64,000 nucleotides of DNA from Euglena gracilis (GCA_039621445.1 CP154954.1:47285847-47349846), one strand, 5' to 3'. Counted from the first letter of the stretch, positions 38,060-51,200 are shown. Program-made: numbers and translations. The notes: generated by a model from the sequence alone, not told the origin.

Positions 38060-41000
38060 AGGGCCCTCTGGAGTCGTACCGCCGTGGCCGGACCGGCGGC
38101 GTTTCCGGCTGCTCGAGGCATGGTCTGGGCCCAGCCCCCTCCGGCGGCCTCCTCCACGCCCGCCCTTGCCGAACACCCGGCGGCCGCACCGCCCGCCTCC
38201 CGAACGCCGGCGGTCTCCCTGGCGGCGTTCCTGCTGACAGCGCTCACCACCGCCTTTCTCCGCCGCCGGCGACGAACCCGTCAGCCGGACCCAGTGGTGT
38301 GCCTCTCCCTGGCCGGCGACGCATCCCGGGCAGGAGAGGCTTTGGAGGTCCGATGCCCGTTCCCTCGCACTTTGCAGCGCCGCCTCTTTCCCATTTGTGG
38401 GCGTAGTATGCAGTAGTTGTATGTAGTGTGCCGCTCGGTGGTTGATGGTGGCTTGGTGTGGGTCGCCACCGCGCGCATTACCGTGAGCTGCTGGGGAAGT
38501 CGTGAAGACGTTCGCACGCAACGGCACCGGCAGAGCGCGCAACAGTTTTTTGTTTGGGTGCTTGCACCGTCCAACGAGGTTGCTTTTCCGCCATTTAGCC
38601 CCCTGCCCCCAGACAGTCAGCATAGCCGCGCGCCTATTGGATTGCACCTCCACCTCCTGCAGCTTCAGAATCGGCGAGGAGATGGGTAGGGGGGTGACTC
38701 TGCTGCCCAGGCCCTGAGTTCCCACCGCTCCCGCGTCGCGCCGCTGCGGGCGAGCCTCTTCGACCTCTTCAAGCCGCCACGGTACGAGGAGGAGCCGGAG
38801 GGCGGGGTGGCGGTGGCAGTGCCGGAGGACGACGCGGAGACAGCGGCGCTGCGGCGCACGGTGCTGCCCAGACTTGCATTTAATGCGCCGCTGGAAATTT
38901 TTTCTGCGCCGCGTGCGCCATGGAAAAGATTTTTGTGCGGCGGCAAACTTCGCCGCGGCACACTAAATGAAAGTCTGGTGATGCCCGGCACGCGGCTCGA
39001 GTCCCTGCCCCTCGCCCTCGCGTACGACGCGACCCGTGATGGCTGGTCCGCCGCCGCCTTCCGCCCAGACCTCCCCGCAGTTTGCCAGCCCTCTCATCTG
39101 TGTGGCTTTCATTACTGTGGCCCCAGCCTCCCACAAGGTCAGGTGGCATGGGATGCGGCCATTCCTAACCCCCACCGGCACCTGACGGCGGCGGGGGGCT
39201 CTGATGCCACCGGTTGGTCGACAACCGCGGCCCCGCTATCCTTGTGGGGAAGACCACCACCGGAGTGCTGTGCGGCGGCCTTAGCCCCAATCAGACAATT
39301 TTTTAAGCACTGTCCCACCCCCTGGGGGGGTGACTGACTGGTTTTTTCAGAGTGACTGACTGGTTTTGGGCCCGGACCAAAACCAGGTCCGGGCCCGGAC
39401 CCCCTCCCCCCCTGGGGGGGGGTCGGCCAGGGGTGGGCAAAAGTGGCTTGAGTGACCCCGGCGCCGAAGGCGCCGGGAAAATTTTTTTGGCCTAAAATGG
39501 CCTAAAGTGAATGGAAAGTGGCTGGTTTTCCTGAGTGGCCGACCCCCCCCAGGGGGGGTAGTGACTGACTGGCTTCCCAAAGAAAAGTGACTGACTGGTT
39601 TTTCAAAAGTGGAGTGACCCCCCCCCCCCCCTCCCCCCCCCCCCGGGGGTCGGTAAAAAATTGTATGGCCCCAATACCCCCCTTGGGCGGGGGGGGGGGG
39701 GAGGTCCAGGAGAGCGGGGGGCACCACCCAACCACCAGAGGGGGACAGCCGCCGGGGCCGTTCGGGGCATACAACGGCATCGGGTGGGCGTCGACGGGCG
39801 ACCTGCTGGAGACGCGCAACGCGTTCCTCTTCCACAGCCCCACCTGCGCCCTCGACGACAGCGTGGAGGTGTTGGCCCGCATCCCGGGCCTGCCCTCCGT
39901 GTACGACCTCGGCGGGCAGGGCCCCCCCCAGGGGACGGCGATCGGTGATGTGCAACGACATATTTCTCTCGGTGAAGATAATCCAGCCTCGGGAAAATTA
40001 TTTTTTTCCAGGCCGAAAAGATGTTCAGGTGGGTGTGGGCAGAGAAACTTCATTTTGTCCATCAGACCTCCCCCTCTCTTGACCGCTGGGGAGGTGCGTG
40101 GTGGGGGGAGTCCAACGCCCCCTGTGCCCGGCTTTTGGGGCGGATGGGCTGCGGATCCCCCTCGTCAAGCAGGTGTACACACAGCCACGCCTCAGCATTG
40201 TCGCCGGCAGATCTCGAGGACTCCGAAACAGTTTCAAGGTTGAGAAACACAAAGGGACCATCCATTTCTCAAGTGGAACCCAATTTCCAAAGGATTTAGA
40301 ACCAAATTTGGTTGGGGATGGGTTGTCGTTTCCATTGATGGCAGACGATCACCCGCCCTGAAATCTTCGTTTGGTTGAGCTTCAGCTCTTCCCATATTGA
40401 GAAGCTGTCATCAGATTTGATGTGCTGCTCAAGCTTCGACACGTTGGAGGTTGCTTTGTCCAGGTGTGGCTCACCGCACCTTCCAAGTCAGCCGCCGCCA
40501 ACCAGAAGAAGGGCAACCAACAATCCCATTCCTCTGGGCCTCCCCGGGGGGGGGGGGGGGCAGCAACCTCCCGGCACATTGCGGAACGGTGTCCTGAACC
40601 GTGTTTCGAACCATGTCCTGAACGGTGTCCCGAACTGTGTGTGGAACGGTGTCTGGAACGGTGTCCGCGTCGCCCCGTCGCCTCTCCCCCACCCCCCGTT
40701 CCGCAGAGGTGGCCGGGGGTGTGCCGGGAGGTTGCTGCCCCCCGGCGGCCCGCGCTGGGGCGTGGGGCCGGTCCAAGCTGCGGGCCCGCGAAATGGGTCT
40801 CCTGGACGACGACGGGGACTTCGCCCTCGACCGCAGCCACCGCAGGTCCTCCGCCCTCGGCACGTACTACGAGGCCCGCGCCGACGGGCTGCCGTCCCTC
40901 TTCGGCCCCACCACCGGGCAGGGGCCGGCCGCCGGGGTCGTCCGTCGTCGGACGGATGGAGCTGTGGAGTTGGTCGGGGTGGCCAAGCGGGGAACAGAAC

Positions 41001-41446
41001 AAACTTTCGTGGGGGGGGGGGTCTGGGTTGCCTATTTGTTGTAGGGTGTTTGCATGTGTGTTTCTACCACCTTTGTGCGTCCGTCAGCCTTGCTGTGTGA
41101 CGCCACAGCTTGAAGGCAAATAATTCAGCCTCTCGTCTGGTGGCAAACCCCAAATGGAAGCCAACAAGGCTGAGCCCTGCAAGACCAGAGTTTGGTTTGA
41201 CATCCCACGACGAAACCTAGCAAAAGAAGAAGTAGAAAAGCCCACGGAAAACAAGCCAACGGGGTATTTTCATTTGCCGGCCTGTTTTGGAGTTTTCTTC
41301 CGCCTTGAAGGCCGCTGAGCAATGTGGCTTGGCCGGATGGAACTTTGCAAACAATACAGTCACCCAGATCGCCCATTTGCCCACCGGCACCTGCCTCTGT
41401 GGCCAGGGCTGACCTGGAGGAGCTGCGGGTGTACGTGGCCAAGTGA
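38060..41446 (+). CDS. TLDc-domain protein with euglenid plastid-type presequence (5' start unresolved)
   Basis: Exons ...-38347, 38711-38865, 38983-39062, 39209-39269, 39760-~39925, 40130-40172, ~40709-40915, 41399-41446. Translation: LAYDATRDGWSAAAFHRLVDNRGP...FGAYNGIGW...AFLF...GP.FGADGL...LGTYY...SLFG...LEELRVY. Upstream hydrophobic stretch followed by RRRRR. Confidence 0.85.
40582..40667. repeat. 12-bp minisatellite (GAACGGTGTCCN-like, ~7 copies)
   Basis: Direct inspection. Confidence 0.8.
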
Positions 41447-41548
41447 TCCCCCTCCCCCACTCCACCACCCCCGCTTTGATGTCCTGAGTCTGTATATCCG
41501 AGGTTTGCAGGTGGCCAGGTTTCCTTTTTTTTTTGCACACTGGCACAC

Positions 41549-41583
<35 letters not shown>

Positions 41584-42652
41584 CATACACACATGCGCAC
41601 TGCCCCCTCCAAGGCAAGGGCATCGGCAGGTGCCGGCTATTCCCTGAGGAACACTGCCTACACCTCGGGAGAATTTGCATTTTTTTCATGTGATCCAAAA
41701 CCTTGGAAAATTTCTTCTGATTTTTCTCGGGGAATAACAGTAGTTGTAATGAAACATAAGTGAATGCAACTGGGCAAACCAAGCATGCCATTTGGAAGTG
41801 GTTGGTGTGGCTTTTTTCGTTGTTTTTTATTATTATTATTTTTGGCCTTTTTTCATATATTATCCAAGACACAATTCTGTTTATGCTTTTATGTGTCCTG
41901 TTAGAAAAAAAAAATGCAAATATTTGTCCAAAACATGCGCCACCCTGCATAGGAAACCTTGCAAAGTGGGGAAAAAATCCGGAGGAGGTAAATATTTATC
42001 TAAGTCCTCTCCAGCAGAAAAAAATAATCCTGAAGGAAGTTACATGCAATTTTGCATTTTTGACATTCTTTGCATTTTTTTGTGTTGCATATTTTGGCGT
42101 GCTTTGTTGGATGCCCCCCCCCACATAGCATAAATCAGCGCAGCTGAATAGGGGTGTAAATAGGGGGGGAGAATAGGGTGTGTTTTGGGCCGAGGAAGGA
42201 GGCCTGCCAATGGGTCGCCTGTCCTCCCGTCTTTGCCGAGGGGGTCATACCGTCCGGTGGTTGCCTGTCCCCAGGGAGCGTCCTGCCCCTGGGGCTTATG
42301 CTACAACGCAGCCCGAAGCCATCCTGCCCCAAAGCGTTCCCCGTAGGGTTCAAGCCCTGCTCAACAAGCAAATGAAGTAATGACGTTTCACTCGGTGGGC
42401 CGAAACCTGCAGGGGGGGCATCCATTTATTTCTTCTATTTTCCCTTTGTTTTCCTGTACGACGGAAGCGGTGCTTTCGTGGTGGCAAGTGAGCGTTTTCA
42501 ATGCACTTGGGCAGGTTAGCTGCCACAGGCAGATGAACATGGGAGACCTTGGGGATCCCATCGGGATGGTCTCGCCGCCTACCGCATCGTCCTCCCCCCC
42601 CCCCCCCCCCAGCACATCCGCCCACCCTCACACCCCCGGCCAAGCACCTAGC

Positions 42653-42777
42653 AAAAATGGCCTAAAATGGCCAAAATGGCCCAAAATGACTTTTTGACCC
42701 TCTACAGGTGGGGGTCCCTAAAATGGCCTAAAATGGCCTAAAATGGCCTAAAATGGCCTAAAATGGCCTAAAATGGG
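42653..42777. repeat. AAAATGGCCT tandem repeat (second block at 44329-44387)
   Basis: Direct inspection. Confidence 0.85.
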
Positions 42778-43084
42778 AAAAATTCAGTTGCATGATTCTG
42801 TTGCAATTTTTTTTGTGAACAATTGAAGCCACTCAGGTTATGACTTTCGGTGTCTTTTGTTAATGAGGACGGTGAACAGTGGATTTGGTGGAGGAGGAAC
42901 GGGTGGATTTTGTGCAAAAAGACAAGGATGGCAACAAAAAAAACATAACTAAAGTTCTTTTTGTTGGTTTTTTTTGAGAGTTTCCGATGTTTTGAAGGCA
43001 ATTAAACGTTTTAAACAACCTCCTTGGATTTCCAAATTATGATGAACAAAAAAGTGTTATCGACTCGCCACACTTGATTTCTAA

Positions 43085-43925
43085 CAGGGTTTCCCACAAA
43101 TTCGTGCCACAAATCATCACGAATAATCACGAACCAGCACGAATTTGGGGATTTTCCAAAATCACGAATAATCACGAATAATCATGAATAAGCACAAATT
43201 TCCACAAACGACCTGGAACAGTTTTTGTTCTCACTGCAGAATGTCTTCTTCTGAGAATGACGCCTCAATCAAGGAGCAATTCTCTTTAAAAGGGAAACGA
43301 ACACGGAAATGGGGTGGAAATATGCCGACGGCCCAGAAGCGTGCTGCTCAGTGCCATCCCCAACTCTATTGTTTCATCTCTTTGCTTCATTTCACCTCAT
43401 AGTTCCGCGACGTTATGGAAACCAGAGGCATGGAGATGTGGTGCATTTTGTTTCATTTTTGACTTTTGGGGGTTGGGCAATGTTCCAAGCTTTCAAACCG
43501 AAGTGGGTGGAAGACATTGCATCAAGCCGCTGTCATGATGCTCTGCAATGGTGATGTTGAGCAGCACTTCTTTGTTCGACATGTCATCTGACCCTTTCTG
43601 CCCATGGACAGCACACCGTGCAACAAACACTGCACAATGCAACACCACACGCGTCAGCAACAACGTCATTTTCACTTGTTATTTTCATTGTCACTTTCTG
43701 TCTGCAGCTTTGTTTTATGTTCAATATTGTTGTCCAATTTCGGTGGTCATAGAGTTTTTCGTTTTTATATTTCTGGTTGGAGGTGATACACATTGGATGA
43801 GGAGTGCATTGGTTTTCTGGGCAGGTTAAGTTAAAAAAAAAAACGGGCGATTTTTGGGTACAGCAATCACGAATAATCACGAATCAGAATTGAGGGTCCC
43901 TAGCACGAATTTGTGGGAAACCCTG
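43085..43925. mobile_element. Non-autonomous DNA transposon (P- or hAT-like ends)
   Basis: 23-bp perfect TIR CAGGGTTTCCCACAAATTCGTGC. Subterminal AATCACGAAT repeats. Flanks TTTCTAA and CTTCTAA. Confidence 0.85.
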
Positions 43926-44639
43926 CTTCTAAACAAATCAAATATCATTGAAGAAATGGAGGTGTGATTGTCATTACGCTGAAATTAGACGGTGTGAGTT
44001 GTCTTCTTCTGATGAACCAAACTGAACAAGGTTGTTTCCACGTTACTTTGCTTTTGCAAACAAAGTAAAGCGTCCAGATTAGTGAAGCGTGGGATTACAC
44101 TTTGAACACAATACAAGGTTTGAGGATTTCCTCAGTTTCCATGTGCTTATTTCTTTCTGAGTTTCAATAATTTTGTCCAAAAGTTTCAGCAATTCTGTCC
44201 AAATGGTGTCAATAACCCTGTCCGCTCACTGTATTACTGAACCAGAGAAGGTTTGCGCACGTTATGATGCAGTTTTCGGGACAAAAATGACGCAAAATTT
44301 ATTATTTTCAGAACCCCCACCTATACTTTAAAATGGCCTAAAATGGCCAAGAATGGCCATAAATGGCCTAAAATGGCCTAAAATGGGGAAAGTTTTGGGC
44401 TGAATGATAGGTGCTTGCCCCGGCCCCCCCTCTCCTTTCCCCGTGGCTGTCTGCGGGCTGGGCACTCAGCCCCGCACGACGCCCCCCTCTCCCCTCTGTT
44501 GTGCGGGTCACCTTGGGTGGCCCCGGGGCCCGACGGCCGTCGGCCCCGCCTCGCGACGTCCTCGCCAGCGCCTTCGTCTTCGAGCTCTTGCCTGCGTCCA
44601 CCAGTGATGAGATGGGGCAGGGAAGCCTCCGTTGGGCAG

Positions 44640-44693
44640 GCTGGCAGACATCAACAGGCGGCAGCACGCCCAAGGAGCCCTCGAGGTGACACC
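44640..44693 (+). CDS. Possible upstream exon of the LOG-family gene
   Basis: GC-rich stretch ending in a GTGAGT donor at 44694. Its phase is compatible with the AG acceptor at 48282. Start not resolved. Confidence 0.35.
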
Positions 44694-45232
44694 GTGAGTA
44701 TTTTGAAGCGCAAGTCCAAAGAGAACCTACAGGGCAGACCACCCGGGTTTAGTATATGTATTTGGGCGTGATTTCAAGACCCTCAGGGTGGTTTTAGAGG
44801 GCAACGTTGTTTTTGAGAAACACGTTTTGTTTTAGGTCCCAGAAGTTTCATTTGCCCACCCGAAGTCAATCCCCCAAAATTCCCACATTTTGAAGCGATA
44901 ATTCCAGCATGTTTTACAGCATTTATCCTTTTGTAATGCCCAACAAAAACAAAGTCTAGGGCCGAGCAAATAAGTGCAGATCGTGGTGTTAAAGTGCAGG
45001 GCCTAGCGATGAAGGACAGGGCCTGGCACCCAGCGTCCAGGCACCAACGGCAGACCAGAGCTGACCAGGGCCGACCGGGAGCGACCAAGGCCGATTATGG
45101 ATTATGGTTTTCAGGACCCTCATAGGTGGGTGGGGGTTCCACCAGGGCCGACCAGGGCCGACCAGGGCTGACTTTGCTTTTGTCAGCCGATAATGCTCAT
45201 GGCAAATGATGGACAAGGTTTTCCCTGGCCGG

Positions 45233-45964
45233 CAGTTTGGCCATTTTTGCCACCATTGCCCATTCCCCCTCTTTTGACCACTTTTGCCCACTTTTGACTA
45301 CTTTTTGGCAATTTTTGCCCATTTTTGTCCACTTCCACAGGCTGAGGAGAAAGAAGTAACCAAAAATGACCAAAAAAAGCAGTCAAAGGTGACAAAAAGC
45401 AGTCGAAAGTTACCAAAGGTTAGCAACAGTCGTCAGACCAGCCTCGAGTGGTCAATAGTGACCAAAAGGTGGCCATAAAGCAACAGAAGCAGCTTGAAGT
45501 GGGCAAAAGGTGGCCAGAGGTGGCCAAAAGCAGCAGAAGAAGCCTCAAGTGGGCAAAAAGCAGCAGAAGTATCCTCAAGTGGGCAAAAGTGGCCAAAGAG
45601 CAGCAGAAGCAGCCTCAAGTGGGTAAAAAGTGGGTAAAAGTGACCAAAAAGCCAAAGCCAAAAGTGGCCAAAAGCAATCAATGGTGACCAAAAGTGACCA
45701 TGAAGCAGTAGAAGCGACCTAAAATGGCCAAAAGTGGGCAAAGAAAGCCAAATTTTACCAAAAGTGGCCAAAGGCAATCAAGAGAAGTCAGAAGCCGACA
45801 AACAAAACCAGGAGCACTCAAAGGTATTTCAAAGCAACCAAACACGGCTTATGGCAGCCTAAAGTGGGGAAAATGCCAAAAGCGGCCAAAAGCAGGCAAA
45901 AGTGACCAGAAGCCGCCCAAATGTGTCCAAGTGTGACCAAAGTTGGCAAAAATGGCCAAAACTG
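45233..45964. repeat. AAAAGTGGCC-type degenerate minisatellite with inverted ends
   Basis: CAGTTTGGCCATTTTTGCCA at 45233 is nearly complementary to TGGCAAAAATGGCCAAAACTG at 45944. Confidence 0.6.
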
Positions 45965-47500
45965 GGTGAAAGTTCATAAAAGAGCATTGCATGGTTGTGT
46001 GTTGTGTATGTGCCTATTTTTTTGATTGGCATAACCCCCCTCCTATGGCCGACTATTTGCCAACCGGAGCCGACCAGGGCCAGAGAACCCAAATGGGAAG
46101 TGACCATGGGTGCCTGAGCGTCTTGAACAGCCGCAAATTACTGGAGGGCCGATTCAGGCGAATGCGCGCGAATTTGCAACATTCAGTTTGCCAGGTTTGA
46201 AACTCCGACCATCCGCAACCTACGGACGTGCAACCCAAGCATGGCTTGAATGTCTCCGGGTTTGAACCTCGAGAAGTGGGGTCCGAACACATTGTTTTGA
46301 CACGTTGAAAAGGTTTTCATGTCTTGGTTTTTTTTTTTTTGAAACGTCGGCCAGCGAAAATGAAATTGGAAAATCATTTGTGGCTCAGCTTTGAAACCCC
46401 GGTGGCTGAGGGCCATGCATTGACCACAGAAGAGGGGTCTTCAGCAGCCGGGGTCGTGCGCATGTGCGCCTGATTGGGGGTCTCTGAGGGAAAGCTTTCG
46501 TTTCCAAAAACGGGCCGGTTTTCGTCTCGCTGCACCAGTGCAAGACGTGGGGTGTGCTGTGCAAGGTCCCGTTGGGTTGGAGCATGGGAGCCTTGGGGCC
46601 TCAGAGGAGAGGGTGTACGGATGGCTGGGAAGGGCTATTTTGGACATGCGTGCGGTAGTGGGGCTGGTGGTGTGCTACAGCACTGGGAGATGCCGTGTGC
46701 ACCTGATTGCGGGAGGAGATGCGTGATCCCTAATGTGGTACAGGCGCTGGCACGTGCTGACAGGTGTATCTGCGCATGGTTGCGAAGACAGATGAGGAAA
46801 CCCCCAGCCGCTGGTTTGAAGTGGGATATGCCGAGTGTGCCCCTCCAGCCAATCCCTCGATCCAATCCAGAATCCACACGCGCACATTTTCCTGTTTGAA
46901 CACAACGGGCATGCGGATTTGCACACGATCTGGGGCTGTTGCCAGAGAGGATTGCAGCCTCCGGCCCTGTGGGCATGGCCAGGGTGAGGAGATGGTTGCG
47001 GTGCGTTGTGCAAGCCGTCCCGTGGTGTCTCCAGGCCCCGATGATGAACGTCAGTGCAAAACGCTGGGACATGAGGCGCGCGCATATGCGCCTGTGGACC
47101 AGGGGGTGTTGGATTTAGAAAGTGATGGGTGAGGCCCCCATTTAGCTTGCCGGTGTGATTGGCAAGGGCGGTTCTCGCATGTGTGCACCTCCACTGGGAC
47201 CCACACCTGTATGCAAATGCGCATATCTACATTTCAGGTGAAAAGGGTGATCATCACACGTGTGCAAAAAAAAAAATGGAAAAGCTCAAAAATTTTCTCG
47301 AATGGCCGAAAAACACATGTTTTGGGTGGGTGGGCGATGGTCAAGGATGCCAGATACAATTTTTTTCCCGAAGTCCACCTGCTTTCGGCAAATATTTCGA
47401 GTTTTCTCTCAATTTTTGGCTTATTTGAATTTTGGTGGGATACCCGATGGGGGGGAGGGGGGCTTCTATTTGGGGGATGCTTGTTACGTTACATTTATAT

Positions 47501-47731
47501 GGCGGGGGTGAACTTGTGGGCCCCCCCCCTACACCCCCCTTATTTGAAGGAGTAGGGTTAGGTGCGCACATGCTAATTTGCGCTACCTGGCTACGTTGCG
47601 CAACGTAGCCATGTTGCGCAACATAGCCAATTAGCGCAACATAGCCAATTAGCGCAAATTAGCATGTGCGCACCTAACCCTACTCCTTCAAATAAGGGGG
47701 GTGTAGGGGGGGCCACAAGTTCACCCCCGCC
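47501..47731. mobile_element. Fold-back MITE with 8-bp TSD
   Basis: Near-perfect inverted arms of ~90 bp starting GGCGGGGGTGAACTTGTGG. TSD ATTTATAT at 47493-47500 and 47732-47739. Confidence 0.88.
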
Positions 47732-48282
47732 ATTTATATATTTATATTATTAATATATTTGTACATATATTGTATTTTTGGTGTTATATTTCATTGATTG
47801 CCCTCCGTGGCTCAACGTGGCAGATAAAGGCAGATGAAGCAGAACAATAATTGTAAACCTCCCCAAAATGGAAAGACCCAGGCTTCTTTTTGGGTCTGTT
47901 CTGGTCATATTACTCGGGATTCTCGTTCTCAAACTTGAACTCAATCTCGAACTTGCGCAACGAAAAGAAGCATCGTTTGAGGGGTGCACATGCAGAGATT
48001 TGCACTTTGCCCATGGCCTGCCCCTTGGTCTGGTTGACCACAGCCCACAGACATGTCTGACCCAAAGCGGCAGAAGACGGACCACTGCCCATACGATGCC
48101 AAGGTGTTTGGGTGTGGGGGTGGGTTGGGGGGTGGGTGGTTGGTTGGGTGGGGGGGTGGTGGTTGGGGGGGGGGGGACTGAGTGGGTGGATGGGTTTGGG
48201 TGGGTGATTGGGTGGACGGTTTGTGGTTGTGGGTGGTTGGGTATCCCGACACTGCCCTTCGTCCACAACCCCCCCCCCTGAG

Positions 48283-51200
48283 CCACCCTGTGGCCAAGCA
48301 CTCCTCCGTGACCTCCAACCGATTTGCCACCTGGCTCCCCCAGGAGGAGACAAAGTTCACGCCCACCATCAAGGCGTACAAGAACCTCGACTTCCTCAGC
48401 AGCCGGCATGCCCGGTCCATCCGCATCATGTGCGAGTTCGAGGAGCCCCGCCGCCGCCTCCGGGAGCACTGCATCCAAGTGTGGCCATGTTGTTGTGTGC
48501 ATCCGTGCGAAGTGTAAGTGGGAAGTGCCGCACGTTTGGATGATTTGTGCCCGAACTGATTTTGGCCAAACTTGACAGGTGTTTGGCCGCTCATTGACCA
48601 CCAGGTTGTTGTTTGGATTCCCATTTAGCTTGTCGTTGGCAATCGGGCCTCATACCGATCCCACATCTTCCAAACAAATCTATAATGGTGCTCAAAAAAT
48701 TAAAGAAGATAAACCTCATGGCTTTTTCTTCCAATGCCGATACCATGTTTGTTTTTCGCAAATCACCTTTTTCAAAAATCAGCATGGGGAATCTTCTCGA
48801 ATTTTTTCCTCCTATTTGAATTCATTCTCAAGATTTTAGATTCTTCTATTGCTTGTTTCATTATAGTACTTTGTTTTTGAAAGGCCCCCCCCCTACCCTT
48901 CCGCATAGGGTTACAACACATGCTAATTTGCGTACCTGTACCGTTGCGCAAACCGAGTAGCCAGCGCAACATACCCCAATTAGCGCAACAGCCAATTAAC
49001 CAAGTAACCCCTCTCATTCCGGGGGGTGTGGGCCACCCCCCCCTTCACCGCCATTTATATTCTATTAGATTTACAATATGTATTTTGGTGTTTATTGTAC
49101 TGCTTTGCCCCGTGGCTCGCAGTAGAAGATGAAAAACTTGTAAACCTCCCCAAACCCAGGCTCCGTTCTGTTTGGTCACCTTAACCATTTCGTTCTCAAC
49201 TTGAACTCAAACCTTCGAACTTGACAAAAGAAGCTTCCCCGCACCTCCCCACAGACCTTGCCCTGCCACACCCCCCCTGCTGGACCCAGCCCCATACAGT
49301 CATGACCCCAAGCGGCAGAACACTTGATGTGTGAAGTGTGTGGTAGGGGTTGGTGGGTGGCTAGCTGGGTCACACCATGGACTGGAGTGGATTGGTGGGT
49401 GATTGGTGGACACTTCCCTTGTACCGCATCCGACCACCCTTCCACCCCCACCCACTCACCCCCCCACTCCCCCCCTCAACCGAGCCAACCTGGCTCCCAC
49501 CACAACTCACCCACACATCACAAGAACCTGACTCCCTCGCCACCACGCCGCATTCCGTGCTCATGTGCCGCCCCCCCGCCGCCCTCCAAACTCATTTTAC
49601 CACAGTACAGTAAGTGTAAGTGGACTGCCCACGTTTTTGTGAACCCTTTTCTGCATACCGGCGCAACGCGCCCGCTGCGCTTTAAAGTTCACCTGTTTTG
49701 TTGATTTGAAATCTCCCTACATATGTGTTTTAATTTTTGAACCATCTGCACATCCCCCCCCTGAAATCCTCCTCCTGATTTACAACGAACCTTGGTCTGG
49801 ATAAGGGATTTTGGTGAGAAATAATGAGAGCAAGGTGGCTTGGTTTCTTGCCAATCGTCTAGGCGTGCATTCCCACCGGCTCCTTCTTAATTTGCCCATA
49901 CATATATCACCCATGTAGCTAGTGCAGCAGATTTGCAGATACAAAGCCAATCTGGGCTTCAATTCTGTTACCATTGTGTTCCCCTTCATTTTTGGGCGCA
50001 AATTTCGCCCATATCCCTATTATTAATGAGTATGAGCTTTTGCTCGCTGTTGCGGGCCTTGTAGGTTTGCGTTGGTGATCCTGGATTGGCGGAAAGACAG
50101 AAACGTTGCCCCCCCCCACACCAACAACCCAGACGCCACCCAAGAACTCCTCCGTGTGCTTGTTGGCGTTGGAGTTGCGCCTGGGGTTTGCAGGGAACCC
50201 TGCTCATCTTTGGCTCCGCCCGATCGCTCTCCCATGAGGACCATGCGAAGGCGGTGAAGAACTGTGAGGAGGTCAATCCCTCCGTTGCCACTGCCTTGCA
50301 TTGCCTCCGGCCACCCAGCGCTGTGTTCATGAAAATCAAGAAAAATGCCAACACCAAAAAAGGCATCTCTGCCACCGATATCAGATCAGGAACTACTAAG
50401 ATCACAAGGCCACCATCACATGGTGTTTGTAAACCTTGTACCTGGGAGGGAGGAATTGAAGAATTTATCCGTTGGCATGCACAACAAGGGACCTTTTTTA
50501 ACAAAATAAACGCATTTATTTTTCGTTCACATTAGGTTTAATTGTTATTCATTTATGTGTTGATCCTTGTGCATTATCTAATACAGTTATGCATCACATC
50601 ATACAGTTGTGCATCACATAATACAGTAATAATTTTGTTCTCTTAATCTTATCATTGTGCTGACCTCCCGCTCATCCCATTGATCCCGTTGCGTTGGCGG
50701 CCATGCATGTTATTTTTTTTGGCTATTAATGTCCCACAAGGACAGAAGTTTCATGATTTACATTTCTGAAGTTGGCAAATTTTCAGGAAAACTTTTCACC
50801 GTTTTTTTTGAACCGAATTCACCTGAAGGTGATGTGTTCGGGAGCATTTGTCATTTTCGGAGACAGCCAACAGCTTCACATTAAATGATATGGTCAATGA
50901 AGGCACACAATCAATAATTTTCAAATCGCAAACGGCAAAAGCCAATCGCCCTCCTCTCATGGGCGGCTCGCAGGAGATTGCAGCAACTGCAGACCAGGCA
51001 CAATTGGCGCGGCTGCAGGCGAAGCTGAGCCGCCTGCGGCGGTCGGTCTGGATGTGCGACTACTGCACCAAGGCAAGGGAGCTTGCGAAGCGGCTGACGG
51101 AGTGGACCATGTCAGAGGTGTGTGGAATCACCGCCATGAGCCCAAACCCATCAAAGCCACGCCACAAGTTTGTTTGTGAGGGTGTTCATTGCCTTTGAAG

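Noticed and set aside
38328-38708. Non-conventional intron GGGCAG...CTGCCC in the TLDc gene
   Set aside because: The in-frame version does not put CTG at -8..-6. A GT-AG intron at 38348-38710 gives the right frame more simply, although cDNA is needed to decide.
46400-47130. Cys/Trp-rich short ORFs
   Set aside because: No recognisable domain or splice pattern; left unassigned.
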